In this document: piece after piece, positions 1 to 12,663 of the stretch
How positions within the stretch are numbered: position 1 is the stretch's first letter
Layout of the letters: each line of letters starts with the position of its first letter
Program-made: the position numbers and the translations under genes
The notes under the pieces: generated by a model
The model's database searches: none
The model's input: the letters and a program-made list of their open reading frames with translations, nothing else
What the model was told of the DNA's origin: nothing
Assembly (NCBI GenBank): GCA_965215635.1
Contig: CBDCEA010000004.1
Span: 214,475 to 278,474, forward strand
Length of the DNA: 64,000 nucleotides
Origin: Alphaproteobacteria bacterium
GTDB taxonomy: Bacteria; Pseudomonadota; Alphaproteobacteria; SP197
Reading direction: 5' to 3'

Positions 1-943
1 GTCCGTCGAGATCGACGTGATCTCTTCGGGCTCCCTGGGGCTCGATATCGCCTTGGGTATCGGAGGCCTGCCGCGGGGGCGCATCGTTGAAATCTACGGT
101 CCCGAAAGTTCGGGAAAGACGACGCTGGCCCTGCATGCCGTTGCCGAGGCCCAGAAGGCCGGGGGAGTCGCGACGTTCATCGATGCGGAACACGCCCTCG
201 ATCCGACCTATGCGCGCAAGCTCGGCGTCAACACCGACGACCTCCTGATTTCGCAGCCGGACGCCGGCGAACAGGCACTCGAGATCGCCGATACCCTCGT
301 GCGTTCCGGTGCCGTCGATGTTCTCGTGATCGATTCGGTGGCGGCTCTCGTGCCGAGGGCCGAGCTCGAGGGGGAAATGGGCGATGTCCACGTCGGACTG
401 CAGGCGCGGCTGATGAGTCAGGCCCTGCGCAAGCTGACCTCCTCAATTTCCCGTTCCCGGTGCCTGGTGATCTTCATCAACCAGATCCGCATGAAGATCG
501 GCGTGATGTTCGGCAGCCCCGAAACCACGAGCGGCGGCAACGCCCTGAAGTTCTACGCCACCGCGCGCATCGACATCCGCCGGATCGGCCAGATCAAGGA
601 CAGGGACGAGGTCATCGGCAACCAGACCAGGGTGAAGGTCGTCAAGAACAAGATGGCGCCTCCCTTCAGGACCGTCGAGTTCGACATCATGTACGGTGAA
701 GGCGTCTCCAAGCCCGGGGAGATCATTGATCTCGGCGTCAAGGCCGGCATCGTCGAGAAATCGGGTTCGTGGTACTCCTACAACGACCAGCGCATCGGAC
801 AGGGCCGCGAGAATGCGAAGGTGTTCCTGCGCGACAATCCCGGTATCGCCGGCGTCATCGAACATGAGGTGCGTGCCAGGGCCGGTCTTGTCGACAGCGT
901 TACGCCCACCACATCCGATGACGGGTTGAGCGGCGAGAAGTAG
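1..943 (+). CDS. recA: Recombinase RecA (5' end lies upstream of the window)
   Basis: Walker [26 protein letters not shown] and ALKFY motifs; reading frame is open to the window edge. Confidence 0.99.
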   Translation, partial: SVEIDVISSGSLGLDIALGIGGLPRGRIVEIYGPESSGKTTLALHAVAEAQKAGGVATFIDAEHALDPTYARKLGVNTDDLLISQPDAGEQALEIADTLVRSGAVDVLVIDSVAALVPRAELEGEMGDVHVGLQARLMSQALRKLTSSISRSRCLVIFINQIRMKIGVMFGSPETTSGGNALKFYATARIDIRRIGQIKDRDEVIGNQTRVKVVKNKMAPPFRTVEFDIMYGEGVSKPGEIIDLGVKAGIVEKSGSWYSYNDQRIGQGRENAKVFLRDNPGIAGVIEHEVRARAGLVDSVTPTTSDDGLSGEK

Positions 944-992
944 GAACCGCCAACCGGCGCAGGGAACCCATGAAGCAGACGGCGGGAAGGCC

Positions 993-3638
993 ATGACCAG
1001 CGTCGGTGAGGTCCGTTCGACATTTCTGGACTACTTCCGCGAGCATGGCCACGTCGCCGTGGCGTCGAGCCCGCTTGTTCCGCACAACGATCCGACATTG
1101 CTGTTCACCAATGCCGGCATGGTGCAGTTCAAGAACGTCTTCACCGGTGTCGAGAAACGATCCTACAGCCGGGCCACGACCGCGCAGAAGTGCGTCCGTG
1201 CCGGGGGCAAGCACAATGATCTCGACGTTGTAGGCTTCACCGCGCGCCACCACACGTTCTTCGAGATGCTGGGCAATTTCTCGTTCGGGGACTACTTCAA
1301 GGAGCACGCGATCGAGCTTGCGTGGGACCTCATCACCAGGGTCTTGCATCTGCCCCGTGACCGGCTTCTCATTACCGTGCATTCCTCGGACGAGGAGGCG
1401 GCCTCGTTGTGGAGAAGGATCGCGGGCCTGTCCGACGACCGGATCATTCGCATACCGACCTCGGACAATTTCTGGTCGATGGGCAGTACCGGGCCCTGCG
1501 GTCCGTGTTCCGAGATCTTCATCGATCAGGGACCCGAACTCGAGGGAGGTCCGCCGGGAAGCCCGGACGAGGATGGCGACCGGTTCCTCGAATTCTGGAA
1601 CCTGGTGTTCATGCAGTACGAGCAGGTGAGTACCGGGGAGAGGATCGATCTGCCGAAACCCTCCGTGGACACCGGCATGGGTCTAGAGCGCATGGCGGCG
1701 ATTCTCCAGGGCGTCAAGAGCAACTTCGATACCGATCTCTTCGCCTCGATCATCCACGCGTGCGAAGACCTCATCGGTGCAAGGGCCGAAGGTGAGGCGC
1801 GTCCGTCGTTCAACGTGATCGCCGACCACCTGCGCGCCTCCTGCTTCCTGATGGCCGACGGGGTCCTCCCTTCCAATGAGGGACGCGGTTATGTCCTCCG
1901 CAGGATCATGCGCCGTTCCATGCGCCACGTGCACATCCTTGGTGGCCGGGATCCCGTCATGTTCCGCCTTGTTCCCGTGCTTGTGGCGGAGATGGGACAG
2001 GCGTTTCCGGAGCTCGCACGCGCCCAGGCGCTGATCACCGAAACGCTCCGTCATGAGGAAGACCGTTTCCGTAGCATGCTCGAGAAGGGCACACACCTGC
2101 TAGCCGAGGAGACTGCCCGGCTCCCCGAAGGCACCGATCTGCCGGGGGACGTCGCTTTCCGCCTCTACGATACCTTCGGTTTTCCTCTCGATCTCACCGA
2201 AGACGCCCTGCGTCGGGAAGGCCGTGGTGTCGACCGCTCCGGCTTCGACAGTGCGATGGCGATGCAACGGGAGAAGGCGCGCAAGGCCTGGGACGGCACC
2301 GGCGATGCGGCAGCCGATCACTTCTGGTTCGATCTTCGCGAGCGCATCGGCGCCACGGAGTTCCTGGGCTACGCCACGACAAGGGCCGATGCCCAGGTGC
2401 TGGCCCTGGTTCGCGACAATGCCGAAGTCGGATGTGCACAGGCGGGTGAGGAGATCGGCGTCATCTTCAACCAGACACCCTTCTATGCGGAATCGGGTGG
2501 ACAGGTCGGCGATACGGGCCGACTCGAAGGCTCCGGGGTTACGGTGGTGATCACCGACACGCAGAAGCGGCCAGGCGACCTCCATCTTCACATCGGACGA
2601 GTGATCGATGGTCGTCTTGCACCCGGTGACGATGTCCCTCTTGTCGTCGACCAAGGGCGTCGTGACTGCCTGCGCGCGAATCATTCGGCGACCCATCTCC
2701 TGCACGAGGCGCTCCGGCGCCATCTTGGCGATCATGTCACCCAGAAGGGCTCGCTCGTGGCACCCGACAGGCTGCGCTTCGACATCAGCCACCCTGCGGC
2801 CGTCAGCGAGGCATCCCTTCGTGCCTGCGAGGAAGAGGTCAATCGGCTGATCAGGAAGAACAGCGAGGTGCGGACCCGGTTGATGACACCCGACGAGGCC
2901 ACGGGTGCCGGGGCCCTGGCGCTCTTCGGAGAGCGCTACGGCGAAGAGGTCCGGGTCGTCTCCATGGGCGATGCCGGTGAAGAAGGCGGCTTCTCGACGG
3001 AACTGTGCGGCGGAACCCATGTGAGGCGCACCGGCGATATCGGTGCATTCAGGATCATCTCGGAAAGTGCCGTGGCATCGGGCGTGCGCCGAATCGAGGC
3101 GCTCACCGCAAAGGCCGCGCTGGATTACCTGGGTGAACAGGATCTGCGCGTCCGCACCCTTGCGAACCGGCTGAAATCGACTCCGTCGGATCTGGAGGAG
3201 CGTGTCTTGCAGCTTGCCGCCGGTCGTCGGTCGATGGAAAGGGAGCTTGCGGAGCTGCGCCAGAGGCTGGCTACCGTGGGAGAAACCGGAACGTCAACGG
3301 TCGAGGCCAGGGAAATTGCCGGGGTGAAGGTCGTTGCGCGGACTCTCGGAAATGTTCCGGGCAGGGACCTCAGGGGCATGGCCGACCGGATCAAGCAACA
3401 GCTGGGATCGGGGATCGTCGTTCTGGTGGCTACGGACAAGGGCAAGGCCGCCATCGTCACCGGCGTCACCGATGATCTCACGGAACGCTTCAATGCCATC
3501 GATCTTGTCAGGATCGCCGTGGAAGTCCTTGGCGGAAAGGGAGGCGGCGGGCGTCCGGACATGGCCCAGGGCGGCGGTCCCAATACTGCCATGGCCGACA
3601 AGGCCATCGAGAGCGTCGAGCGGCAGATCGCCGCCTGA
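993..3638 (+). CDS. alaS: Alanine--tRNA ligase
   Basis: [32 protein letters not shown], editing HxxxH (HSATHLLH) with ELCGGTH, C-terminal GGKGGG. Confidence 0.99.
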   Translation: MTSVGEVRSTFLDYFREHGHVAVASSPLVPHNDPTLLFTNAGMVQFKNVFTGVEKRSYSRATTAQKCVRAGGKHNDLDVVGFTARHHTFFEMLGNFSFGDYFKEHAIELAWDLITRVLHLPRDRLLITVHSSDEEAASLWRRIAGLSDDRIIRIPTSDNFWSMGSTGPCGPCSEIFIDQGPELEGGPPGSPDEDGDRFLEFWNLVFMQYEQVSTGERIDLPKPSVDTGMGLERMAAILQGVKSNFDTDLFASIIHACEDLIGARAEGEARPSFNVIADHLRASCFLMADGVLPSNEGRGYVLRRIMRRSMRHVHILGGRDPVMFRLVPVLVAEMGQAFPELARAQALITETLRHEEDRFRSMLEKGTHLLAEETARLPEGTDLPGDVAFRLYDTFGFPLDLTEDALRREGRGVDRSGFDSAMAMQREKARKAWDGTGDAAADHFWFDLRERIGATEFLGYATTRADAQVLALVRDNAEVGCAQAGEEIGVIFNQTPFYAESGGQVGDTGRLEGSGVTVVITDTQKRPGDLHLHIGRVIDGRLAPGDDVPLVVDQGRRDCLRANHSATHLLHEALRRHLGDHVTQKGSLVAPDRLRFDISHPAAVSEASLRACEEEVNRLIRKNSEVRTRLMTPDEATGAGALALFGERYGEEVRVVSMGDAGEEGGFSTELCGGTHVRRTGDIGAFRIISESAVASGVRRIEALTAKAALDYLGEQDLRVRTLANRLKSTPSDLEERVLQLAAGRRSMERELAELRQRLATVGETGTSTVEAREIAGVKVVARTLGNVPGRDLRGMADRIKQQLGSGIVVLVATDKGKAAIVTGVTDDLTERFNAIDLVRIAVEVLGGKGGGGRPDMAQGGGPNTAMADKAIESVERQIAA

Positions 3639-3647
3639 GCGCTGCTG

Positions 3648-4817
3648 TTACGGTATCTCGTTTGCGAGCCCGCGGGGAATCAGCTTCTCCCTGTCGTAGA
3701 AGGGCAGTGCGACGACGGTGCCCTTGTGCCTGGATCCATCACGCAATTCGAGGGAGACCGTGCGGCCGACCCAGTCATCCGCCTGCCTGAAACGGACATA
3801 GGCAATACCGGTCCCGAGATATGGCGACCAGGCACCTGCCGTCACAAGGCCTGAATGACGGTCGTCGTACGAGACGATCGTGCGGGAATGGGGCGTGATG
3901 CCGGGTGCGACGAGACCGAAGAAGCGTGGCTGCCTGGGCGCGGCAGCGAGTGCGGCCTTGCCGATGAAGTCGTCATCACGATCGAGATCGACGAAGTGAC
4001 CCAGTCCGGCATCGAACGGCGTCATGGAAGAATCCATGTCCGTGCCGTTGTCCATGATGGCGGCCTCGATACGCCGGATGCCCATGGATTCGAGGCCAGC
4101 GAACACCAGGCCACCGGCCTTGCCCCGTTCCATGATCAGACGGAAAAGGGCGGGGCCGTCGAAATCCGGCGACAGGGGGTAGAGTTCGAAACCAAGTTCA
4201 CCCGTCCAGCCGGTGCGCGAAACAAGGAAGGGATGGCCGCCGATCCTGGTCTGGTGCACGGAAAAGTAACGGAAGGGATCGCTCAGCGGTTCGTCGAGCA
4301 CCGACGGAAGCAGATCGAGGGACTTGGGTCCCTGAACCTGCAGCACCCAGGATTCGGGATCGGTGATCGCAACGTCGAGGCCCGCTGCATGGGCCTCGAG
4401 CCAGGGCAGGAATTCACCGTCGGCCAGCACGTACCAGAAACGGTTCTTGCCGAGCCTCATGAGGACGCCATCCATCAGGAGTCCGCCGCCATGGTTGCAG
4501 GCGATGGCGTAGGTGGCGCGGCCCTCCCGAAGCCTGGAGACATCGCGGCAGAAGACCCTCCGGAAGAGCGTCATCGCATCATCACCGGCAATCTCGATGG
4601 GATGTTCCGGGACATCGTAGAGCACCGCTCCCCTTCTGAGGTGCCAATACTCGGGAATCGGATCTTCCGAGAGACCCAGGGCATAGAACCTGCGGCTGTA
4701 GACACCCAGAACTGCCTGGTCGGTGAGGTAGGCGGGCATCCACGGCGAAAGGGCAAACCGCTTGGAACTGATCCGGACCGTAGCATGGGACATCGCATAG
4801 TTGTTGCTGGCATTCAT
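3648..4817 (-). CDS. GcvT-family aminomethyltransferase/demethylase (DmdA-like fold, substrate unknown)
   Basis: LQVQGPKS, SRTGWTGELGFE, RRIEA, FIGKAAL and SPYLG motifs of GcvT-like folate enzymes. Confidence 0.85.
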   Translation of the reverse strand: MNASNNYAMSHATVRISSKRFALSPWMPAYLTDQAVLGVYSRRFYALGLSEDPIPEYWHLRRGAVLYDVPEHPIEIAGDDAMTLFRRVFCRDVSRLREGRATYAIACNHGGGLLMDGVLMRLGKNRFWYVLADGEFLPWLEAHAAGLDVAITDPESWVLQVQGPKSLDLLPSVLDEPLSDPFRYFSVHQTRIGGHPFLVSRTGWTGELGFELYPLSPDFDGPALFRLIMERGKAGGLVFAGLESMGIRRIEAAIMDNGTDMDSSMTPFDAGLGHFVDLDRDDDFIGKAALAAAPRQPRFFGLVAPGITPHSRTIVSYDDRHSGLVTAGAWSPYLGTGIAYVRFRQADDWVGRTVSLELRDGSRHKGTVVALPFYDREKLIPRGLANEIP

Positions 4818-4928
4818 CGAGACGGTAACCCTTCGTTTTCGGCGGCGGGAACCATTGGCATGATTCGCACGTGTGTCCAGCCGTATGTGTTGCTTTCAGG
4901 CCGGGTGCTGCGGCATACAATCTGGTTC

Positions 4929-5219
4929 ATGTTCTCGTTCCAGAAACTCGCCGTCTTCGCCGCCATTCTGGTCTTCCTGTGGCTTGCCTTCCGCATCGTC
5001 CGCAATATGGAACGTCAGCAGAAGGAACGCGAACGCATGACACGGCCCCGAAGGCGCCGATGGTTCCACTTCGGCCGGACCGAGGCCAGGCGGGCTTCGG
5101 GCGAGGTCGAGATGTTGCCCTGTCGGGTGTGCCGGAACTGGGTTGCAGCTGACGGGCACCGGGCATGCGGACGGGAGGACTGCCCCTGGCCGCTTGACCC
5201 CCGCACGTCGGCTCCATAG
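4929..5219 (+). CDS. Small membrane-anchored protein with C-terminal Cys cluster (CxxC...CxxxxC)
   Basis: ATG at 4929; N-terminal hydrophobic helix, then EMLPCRVC...ACGREDCPW; ends 40 bp before glyQ. Confidence 0.7.
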   Translation: MFSFQKLAVFAAILVFLWLAFRIVRNMERQQKERERMTRPRRRRWFHFGRTEARRASGEVEMLPCRVCRNWVAADGHRACGREDCPWPLDPRTSAP

Positions 5220-5259
5220 TTTCCATACCGGCAAGCACACCCCGGGAGTTTGACCAGCG

Positions 5260-6132
<873 letters not shown>

Positions 6133-6135
6133 ACC

Positions 6136-8190
6136 GTGACCGACTTTCTTCTCGAGATCATGTCGGAGGAGATCCCTTCGTCAATGCAGTGCCGGGCTGC
6201 CCAATCCCTGCGCGATATACTGACGGGCAAGCTCTTGGAGCAGGGACTGAAGGTCTCCTCGTCGCATTGCCTCGTTTCTCCGCGGCGACTTGTCCTTCAC
6301 CTGACGGGTTTGCCGGGGCGCCAGCCGGATATCGAGAAGGAACGCAAGGGGCCCAGACTCGGAGCACCGGCGAAGGCGGTCGAGGGATTCGCGCGCTCGG
6401 CCGGGGTCGGCATTGAGGATCTCACCGAAAGAACCTCGGCCAAAGGGACGTTCTGGTTCGCGGTCTCCGTTGCCGAGGGACGCGCCACCGCCGATGTTCT
6501 TGGGGCCACGGTGCCCGAAGCCATGGCGGCGCTGATCTGGCCGAAGTCGATGCGCTGGGCGAACGGTGACGTACGCTGGGTGCGTCCAGTGGTTTCGATC
6601 CTCGCCCTGCTGGACGGAAACGTGGTTCCCTTCAGATTCGGCACCATCGAATCGGGTGCCATGACAAGGGGCCATCGCTTCCTCGAGCCCCGGCCCTTCG
6701 AGGTCACGGGTTACGCGGACTACCGCGAGAAACTCGCAACTGCCTTCGTCGTGCCCGACCATGCCGAACGGCGGCGTCTTATCGACGAACAGGCAAGATC
6801 GACCGCCAGTGATTTTGGCCTGGTGACCGACTGTCCGGCGAGCCTTCTCGATGAACTTTCCGGTCTGGTCGAATGGCCCGTAGTCATGGCGGGCACGTTC
6901 GATCCGGGATACATGGAGGTTCCCGAAGAGTTGCTGACGACCGAAATGATCCACCACCAGCGCTACATTCCCCTGCGCGAGCCATCGGGAGCCCTGGCGC
7001 CCTGTTTCCTGTTCGTCGCGAACATGGAAGGACGCGACGGCGGCTCGGCCATAAGGAGCGGCAACGAACGGGTCCTTGCCGCGCGTCTTTCCGATGGCCG
7101 GCATTTCTGGGAACGGGATCGGTGTCAGACCCTCGAAAGCCGTGTCGAGGAACTCGCCAGGATGGTGTTCCATGCCCGGCTGGGGACGGTGGATCAGCGG
7201 GCCTGCCGCCTCAAGGCGCTGGCAACCTGGCTTGCCCCCGTGATAGGGGGCTGCGATCCTGTCCTTGCCGGTCGCGCCGCGTGGCTCGCCAAGGCGGACC
7301 TCGCCAGCGCGACAGTGGGGGAATTCCCCGAATTGCAGGGCATCATGGGCGGACATCTTGCCCGCGAGGACGGGGAATACGAGGATGTGGCCGCGGCGAT
7401 CGCGGAGCACTACAGCCCCAGGGGACCGTCCGACGCCTGTCCCACGGCGCCGGTCAGTGTCGTCGTGGCTCTGGCCGACAGGCTCGACACGCTCTCCGGA
7501 TTCTTTTCGGTCGGCGAAAAACCCTCGGGATCGCGCGATCCCTTCGCTTTGCGCCGCGCCGCGCTCGGCCTCCTGCGGCTCGTCCTCGAGAACGGCCTTC
7601 GCCTCAATCTCCTCGATGCCCTCGCCGTCGCGCAGGATGGCCACGGCAGTAAGGAGGATGTGTCAGGAGACGTGCTCGATTTCCTTGCCGATCGGCTCAA
7701 GGTCCATCTGCGCGAGAGCGGTATTGGTCATGATCTTATCGATGCGGTGTTCTCCCGTGAGAAGGATGACGATCTCGTGCGCCTGCTTCGGCGTGTCGAG
7801 GCGCTTCGCTCCTTCCTCGCATCGGCGGATGGCGGAAATCTTCTTGAAGCTTACCGGCGCGCCGCGAATATCGTGCGGATCGAAGAGGCCAAGGAAGGAA
7901 AGGCCTTCGACGGGGGCGTGAACGCGGACCTGCTGATCGAGGAGGAAGAAAAGGCCGCGGCGGCGGCGCTGGATGAAACGGGTGCTGCGGTGCTCGAGGC
8001 GCTCGAGGCAGAACGGTTCGCCCACGCCATGGAGGCGCTGGCGTTGCTTCGCCAGAGCGTGGGCGCGTTCTTCGACGAGGTCACCGTCAATGCTGATGAC
8101 CCGGCACTCCGGGAGAACCGTCTCAATCTCCTCGGCGCAATCCGGTCCACCATGGATCGTGTCGCCGATTTCTCGAGGATTGAGGGTTGA
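6136..8190 (+). CDS. glyS: Glycine--tRNA ligase beta subunit
   Basis: LLEIMSEEIP, WPKSMRW, EFPELQGIMG, GSRDPFALRR, RENRLNLL; follows glyQ. Confidence 0.98.
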   Translation: MTDFLLEIMSEEIPSSMQCRAAQSLRDILTGKLLEQGLKVSSSHCLVSPRRLVLHLTGLPGRQPDIEKERKGPRLGAPAKAVEGFARSAGVGIEDLTERTSAKGTFWFAVSVAEGRATADVLGATVPEAMAALIWPKSMRWANGDVRWVRPVVSILALLDGNVVPFRFGTIESGAMTRGHRFLEPRPFEVTGYADYREKLATAFVVPDHAERRRLIDEQARSTASDFGLVTDCPASLLDELSGLVEWPVVMAGTFDPGYMEVPEELLTTEMIHHQRYIPLREPSGALAPCFLFVANMEGRDGGSAIRSGNERVLAARLSDGRHFWERDRCQTLESRVEELARMVFHARLGTVDQRACRLKALATWLAPVIGGCDPVLAGRAAWLAKADLASATVGEFPELQGIMGGHLAREDGEYEDVAAAIAEHYSPRGPSDACPTAPVSVVVALADRLDTLSGFFSVGEKPSGSRDPFALRRAALGLLRLVLENGLRLNLLDALAVAQDGHGSKEDVSGDVLDFLADRLKVHLRESGIGHDLIDAVFSREKDDDLVRLLRRVEALRSFLASADGGNLLEAYRRAANIVRIEEAKEGKAFDGGVNADLLIEEEEKAAAAALDETGAAVLEALEAERFAHAMEALALLRQSVGAFFDEVTVNADDPALRENRLNLLGAIRSTMDRVADFSRIEG

Positions 8191-10871
8191 ACGCCCGGCG
8201 GATCGGCACTTCCCCGGAGGCGAGGAGGTGGGTCTATTCCTTCGGCCCCCGGGGGGCCGAAGGCAATGCATCGATGAGGACCCTCTTGGGAGGAAAGGGC
8301 GCCAATCTGGCGGAAATGGCCGGTCTCGGGCTTCCGGTGCCACCTGGTTTCACGATCACGACCGAGGCCTGTGCGGCATTCCTCGCCGATGGCGCGATGG
8401 ACCTTTCGGGCGATATTGCCGAGGAGGCAAGGGAGGCGCTGAAGGTTATCGAAGCGAACGTGGGCAGGCGTTTCGGCGGCACGGATGATCCCTTGCTGGT
8501 TTCCGTGCGTTCCGGCGCGTCAGCCTCCATGCCCGGCATGATGGATACGGTTCTCAATCTGGGCCTCAATGACGACACCGTCCGGGGTCTCGCCGAGGCG
8601 AGCGGCAGCGGCCGTTTCGCCTGGGACAGCTATCGTCGGTTCATCCAGATGTACTCCAGTGTCGTGCTGGGACTCGATCATGGCGACTTCGAGGACATAC
8701 TCGATGAGGTCAAGGAGGAGGAGGGTGTCGGCGAGGATGCAGCACTTTCGCAGGACGCCCTGAAGGAGATCGTTGCGCGTTTTCGCCGCCACGTGGAGAC
8801 CGAGCTCGAAGCTCCGTTCCCCCAGAACCCCTTCGACCAGCTCTGGGGTGCGGTGCGCGCCGTCTTCCGGTCATGGAACAACCAGAGGGCGATCGACTAC
8901 CGGAAGATTCACAGGATTCCCGATCGGCCCGGGACGGCTGTCAACGTCCAGGCCATGGTCTTCGGAAACATGGGTGATGATTGCGCTACCGGCGTGGCCT
9001 TCACGCGCAATCCGGACACCGGTGTCAAGGAGCCGTTCGGCGAATTTCTCGCCAATGCCCAGGGCGAGGATGTCGTAGCCGGATTGAGGACACCCTGGCC
9101 CATCGCCTCAAACGGCGACGGCACCTCCCTCGAGGAGACCATGCCGGGTGCCTGGGCCGAACTCCTGGCCATCATCGAGCGACTGGAGCGTCACTATCGC
9201 GACATGCAGGATGTCGAGTTCACCATCGAACGCAACCGGCTCTTCATGCTTCAGACGCGCTCTGCCAAGCGCAGCGTCCAGGCGGCTCTGAAGGTCGCTG
9301 TCGACATGGCTGAAGAAAGACTGATCACGAGAAAGGAGGCACTCATCCGGCTCGATCCCGAGGATTTCGACCGGCTTCTCCATCCGGTTCCCGACCCTCA
9401 TGCACCGCGCCGGGTCATAGCGCGCGGGCTGCCGGGATCGCCGGGTGCAGCCTCGGGAATGGCGGTGTTCCACTCTGACGATGCCAAGGCCTTCGGTGCC
9501 GAGGGCAGGGCGGTGATCCTGGTTCGGCCCGAGACCAGTCCCGAGGACATTCACGGTATGCATGCCGCACGCGGTATCCTCACGAGGCATGGTGGCCAGA
9601 CGAGTCACGCCGCCCTGGTGGCTCGCGGCATGGGGCGACCATGCGTCACCGGTGCCGGCGCGATCAGGGTCGAACCGGACCGGGATCTCTTCAGTGTCGG
9701 CGACGTCACGATCAGGCGGGGCGACGTGATCACCATCGACGGTTCCACCGGCGAGGTGATCGCGGGTGAAGTCCCGACCCGCGAACCAGATCTTTCGGAA
9801 GAGTTCATGACACTCATGGCGTGGGCCGATGACGCAAGGAGGCTCGAGGTCAGGGCCAATGCCGAGACGCCGGCCGACGCGACGAGGGCAAGGGAATTCG
9901 GCGCCGAGGGTATCGGGCTTTGCCGGACGGAGCACATGTTCTTCGAGGACGAGCGCATCGTCGCAATGCGCGAGATGATCATGGCCGAAGACATCGAAGG
10001 GCGTCGCCGTCCTCTCGAGAGAATCCTGCCGATGCAAAAGGCTGACTTCGTCGAACTCTTCCGCATCATGGCGGGCCTGCCCGTTACCGTGCGTCTTCTC
10101 GATCCGCCGCTTCACGAATTCCTGCCGACCGGCAACCGGGAACTCGAGGATCTCGCGCGCCATATGGGCGCGGATGTCGAGCACGTCCGCCTGCGCGCGG
10201 GCTCGCTGAAGGAACTGAACCCGATGCTGGGCCACCGCGGCTGCCGCCTGGGAATCTCCCATCCGGAAATCTACGAGATGCAGGCGCGCGCCATTTTTGA
10301 GGCTGCTGTCGAGGCCGAACGCGATGAGGGCCGGCCTGTCTTGCTGGAGATCATGGTGCCGCTGGTCGCGACCGAACGCGAACTCGACATCATCCGCACG
10401 TGCATCGAGAAGGTCGCGGCAGAGGTTTCCGGGGAGACCGGGCATCGGCCGGCCTTTTTGGTCGGCACCATGATCGAGCTTCCGCGCGCGGCGTTGCGGG
10501 CGGGCGAGATCGCGAAATTTGCCGATTTCTTCAGTTTCGGGACCAACGATCTCACCCAGACGGTGTTCGGCATCAGCCGCGACGACTCCGGCCGTTTCCT
10601 CGAGCGTTATCGCGAAGAGGGCATCTTCGGGAGCGATCCCTTCGTCACCCTCGACACCGAGGGTGTGGGAGAGCTCGTGGCCATGGCCTGCGAGCGCGGA
10701 CGGCACACGAGGAAGGATCTCAAGCTCGGTATCTGCGGCGAACACGGCGGGGATCCCGCCTCGATCGCCTTCTGCCATGAAGCGGGCCTCGACTACGTAT
10801 CGTGCTCGCCCTACCGGATTCCCATTGCCCGACTGGCTGCGGCCCAGGCTGCGATACGTGATGAGGTGTAA
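8187..10871 (+). CDS. ppdK: Pyruvate, phosphate dikinase
   Basis: LGGKGANLAEM, SMPGMMDT, phospho-His motif GGQTSHAA, GLCRTEHMF, SFGTNDLTQ, GICGEHGGDP. Confidence 0.99.
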   Translation: MNARRIGTSPEARRWVYSFGPRGAEGNASMRTLLGGKGANLAEMAGLGLPVPPGFTITTEACAAFLADGAMDLSGDIAEEAREALKVIEANVGRRFGGTDDPLLVSVRSGASASMPGMMDTVLNLGLNDDTVRGLAEASGSGRFAWDSYRRFIQMYSSVVLGLDHGDFEDILDEVKEEEGVGEDAALSQDALKEIVARFRRHVETELEAPFPQNPFDQLWGAVRAVFRSWNNQRAIDYRKIHRIPDRPGTAVNVQAMVFGNMGDDCATGVAFTRNPDTGVKEPFGEFLANAQGEDVVAGLRTPWPIASNGDGTSLEETMPGAWAELLAIIERLERHYRDMQDVEFTIERNRLFMLQTRSAKRSVQAALKVAVDMAEERLITRKEALIRLDPEDFDRLLHPVPDPHAPRRVIARGLPGSPGAASGMAVFHSDDAKAFGAEGRAVILVRPETSPEDIHGMHAARGILTRHGGQTSHAALVARGMGRPCVTGAGAIRVEPDRDLFSVGDVTIRRGDVITIDGSTGEVIAGEVPTREPDLSEEFMTLMAWADDARRLEVRANAETPADATRAREFGAEGIGLCRTEHMFFEDERIVAMREMIMAEDIEGRRRPLERILPMQKADFVELFRIMAGLPVTVRLLDPPLHEFLPTGNRELEDLARHMGADVEHVRLRAGSLKELNPMLGHRGCRLGISHPEIYEMQARAIFEAAVEAERDEGRPVLLEIMVPLVATERELDIIRTCIEKVAAEVSGETGHRPAFLVGTMIELPRAALRAGEIAKFADFFSFGTNDLTQTVFGISRDDSGRFLERYREEGIFGSDPFVTLDTEGVGELVAMACERGRHTRKDLKLGICGEHGGDPASIAFCHEAGLDYVSCSPYRIPIARLAAAQAAIRDEV

Positions 10872-11014
10872 GAGCCGGGACACGATCATGAACAGGTGAG
10901 AGGGCGACGGCGGTCAGGGTATCGGACACATGGCCTCGATCACGGCCTCGAAGTCGTGCTTACCAGGTAGGCTTGACAGCAGAGCCAACAACGGAGCGGC
11001 TTGCAACAGTTTGG

Positions 11015-12238
11015 CTATAAGAGAACAAGTCCAGCCAGCCCCGCGAGAACCACCACTGCCCATGCGGGCATCCTCCAGCCAGAGAGCGCCACGAACGAAG
11101 CGGCGGCGATGACCATCGCAAGCGGCGATGTAATGCCTTCGGTGAAGACCGGGTCGTAAAGCGCAGCCGCGAGGAGGCCAACGACGGCCGAGTTCACGCC
11201 GGCAAGCGCACGCTGCGCGAGCGGTGCACCGCGCAGGTGGTCCCAGAATGGCAACCCACCGACGATGAGCAGAGCGGACGGGAGGAAAATGGCAACGAGC
11301 GCGATGCTCGCCCCGGCAACTCCCGAGGGAGGTGTTCGCGCCACCGTGCCCAAGTAGGCAGCGAAGGTGAAGAGTGGACCAGGCACCGCCTGCGCCGCAC
11401 CGTAACCGGCGAGGAAGGCGTCGCGATCGACAAGTCCGGTGTCGACCACCTCGGCCTGGAGCAGTGGCAGCACCACATGTCCGCCGCCGAAGACCATCGA
11501 TCCGGCGCGATAGAATCCATCCATCAGGCGCAACGTGCCATCTCCGGTCGCAGTGGCGAAGACGGGCAGCAGTACCAGCAGGACGAAGAAGACAAAGAGA
11601 GACAGCAATGCCGTCCGTCGCCTGACGGGCACGGCCATCATTTCGCTCTCCTCTGCCGGTTTTATCGTTGAGCGCAACCAAACGAGACCGATCAGGCCGC
11701 CGGAAAGGATGACGAGCACTTGGACGATAGCGAATGGCATCAGCATGGCTCCAATCATGCCGGCGACTGCAATCGTCGCTCGCTCCTTGTCAGGCGCCAG
11801 GCTGCGCGCCATGCCAAGCACAGCGTGTGCGACAACGGCGACTGCGGCCGCTTTCAGCCCATGAATCCAGCCTGTGCCCGCAGCGGCCTCCAGCGCTCCG
11901 GCACCATGCGCGAAGGCGACGAGGATGATCGCCGAGGGCAAGGTGAACGCCACCCACGCCGCCAGCAGCCCGAGATAGCCGGCGCGCATAAGTCCGACTG
12001 CCATGCCGAACTGGCTTGAAGCGGGTCCTGGGAGAAACTGGCAGAGTGCGACGAGATCGGCATAGGCCCGATCGCTGATCCATCGGTGCTGGACAACGAA
12101 CGCTTCCCGGAAATAGCCAAGATGGGCCACAGGGCCGCCAAAGGACGTGAGACCCAAGCCGAGGAAAACACGAAAGACCTCAAAGGCCGAGCCGCCCTTA
12201 ACCTCTTGGGTAAGGTTCGAGTCATTGAAGCTCAACAT
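11015..12238 (-). CDS. chrA: Chromate ion transporter (CHR family, long chain)
   Basis: Duplicated halves with SFGGPVAH / PGPASSQ and FGGGHVVLP / PGPLFT. Confidence 0.92.
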   Translation of the reverse strand: MLSFNDSNLTQEVKGGSAFEVFRVFLGLGLTSFGGPVAHLGYFREAFVVQHRWISDRAYADLVALCQFLPGPASSQFGMAVGLMRAGYLGLLAAWVAFTLPSAIILVAFAHGAGALEAAAGTGWIHGLKAAAVAVVAHAVLGMARSLAPDKERATIAVAGMIGAMLMPFAIVQVLVILSGGLIGLVWLRSTIKPAEESEMMAVPVRRRTALLSLFVFFVLLVLLPVFATATGDGTLRLMDGFYRAGSMVFGGGHVVLPLLQAEVVDTGLVDRDAFLAGYGAAQAVPGPLFTFAAYLGTVARTPPSGVAGASIALVAIFLPSALLIVGGLPFWDHLRGAPLAQRALAGVNSAVVGLLAAALYDPVFTEGITSPLAMVIAAASFVALSGWRMPAWAVVVLAGLAGLVLL

Positions 12239-12663
12239 TGGTCTCCCGCATCCGTAATGAGGAGCTTGTCATCAAGCGCACCGTTTTATGCGATATCGCC
12301 TGCACGCTACCACTCGAACGGAAACACGCTGACCGGCTGTTACTGACCGGTCCTGGTCCTAGAAGGCGACTCGCGAAGTCAGCGCTGCGGTGCCGTTGTT
12401 GTGAACCCTCATCAGGAGACACGAGATGACCTCAAGAGTGTGAGGCGGCGTTGTTCATTTGAGGTCAATCGGTTCGACAGGTGATTGATCCATAAACCCA
12501 CCGGGGTCAAATCCGGGAGCTGGCGCACAGTCCGTCATCCCTGCCCATCAACGGAAGCGGCCTCAGATGACACTTCGGAGACAGAAAACACCAACATTCT
12601 GGCTCTTCGGTCGACATCCAAACAGTGCGCCGACCAACAGATGTTGATGGCGGAAGCCTGCGC

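Noticed and set aside
3648-4817. Calling this gene dmdA or gcvT
   Set aside because: The fold is clear, but no gcvH/gcvP neighbours or diagnostic residues let me assign a substrate
9108-10889. Long antisense ORFs (593 aa here; also 6181-7644, 25419-27251 and the 5' part of 3855-5219)
   Set aside because: Shadow ORFs opposite well-supported genes, expected from high-GC codon bias
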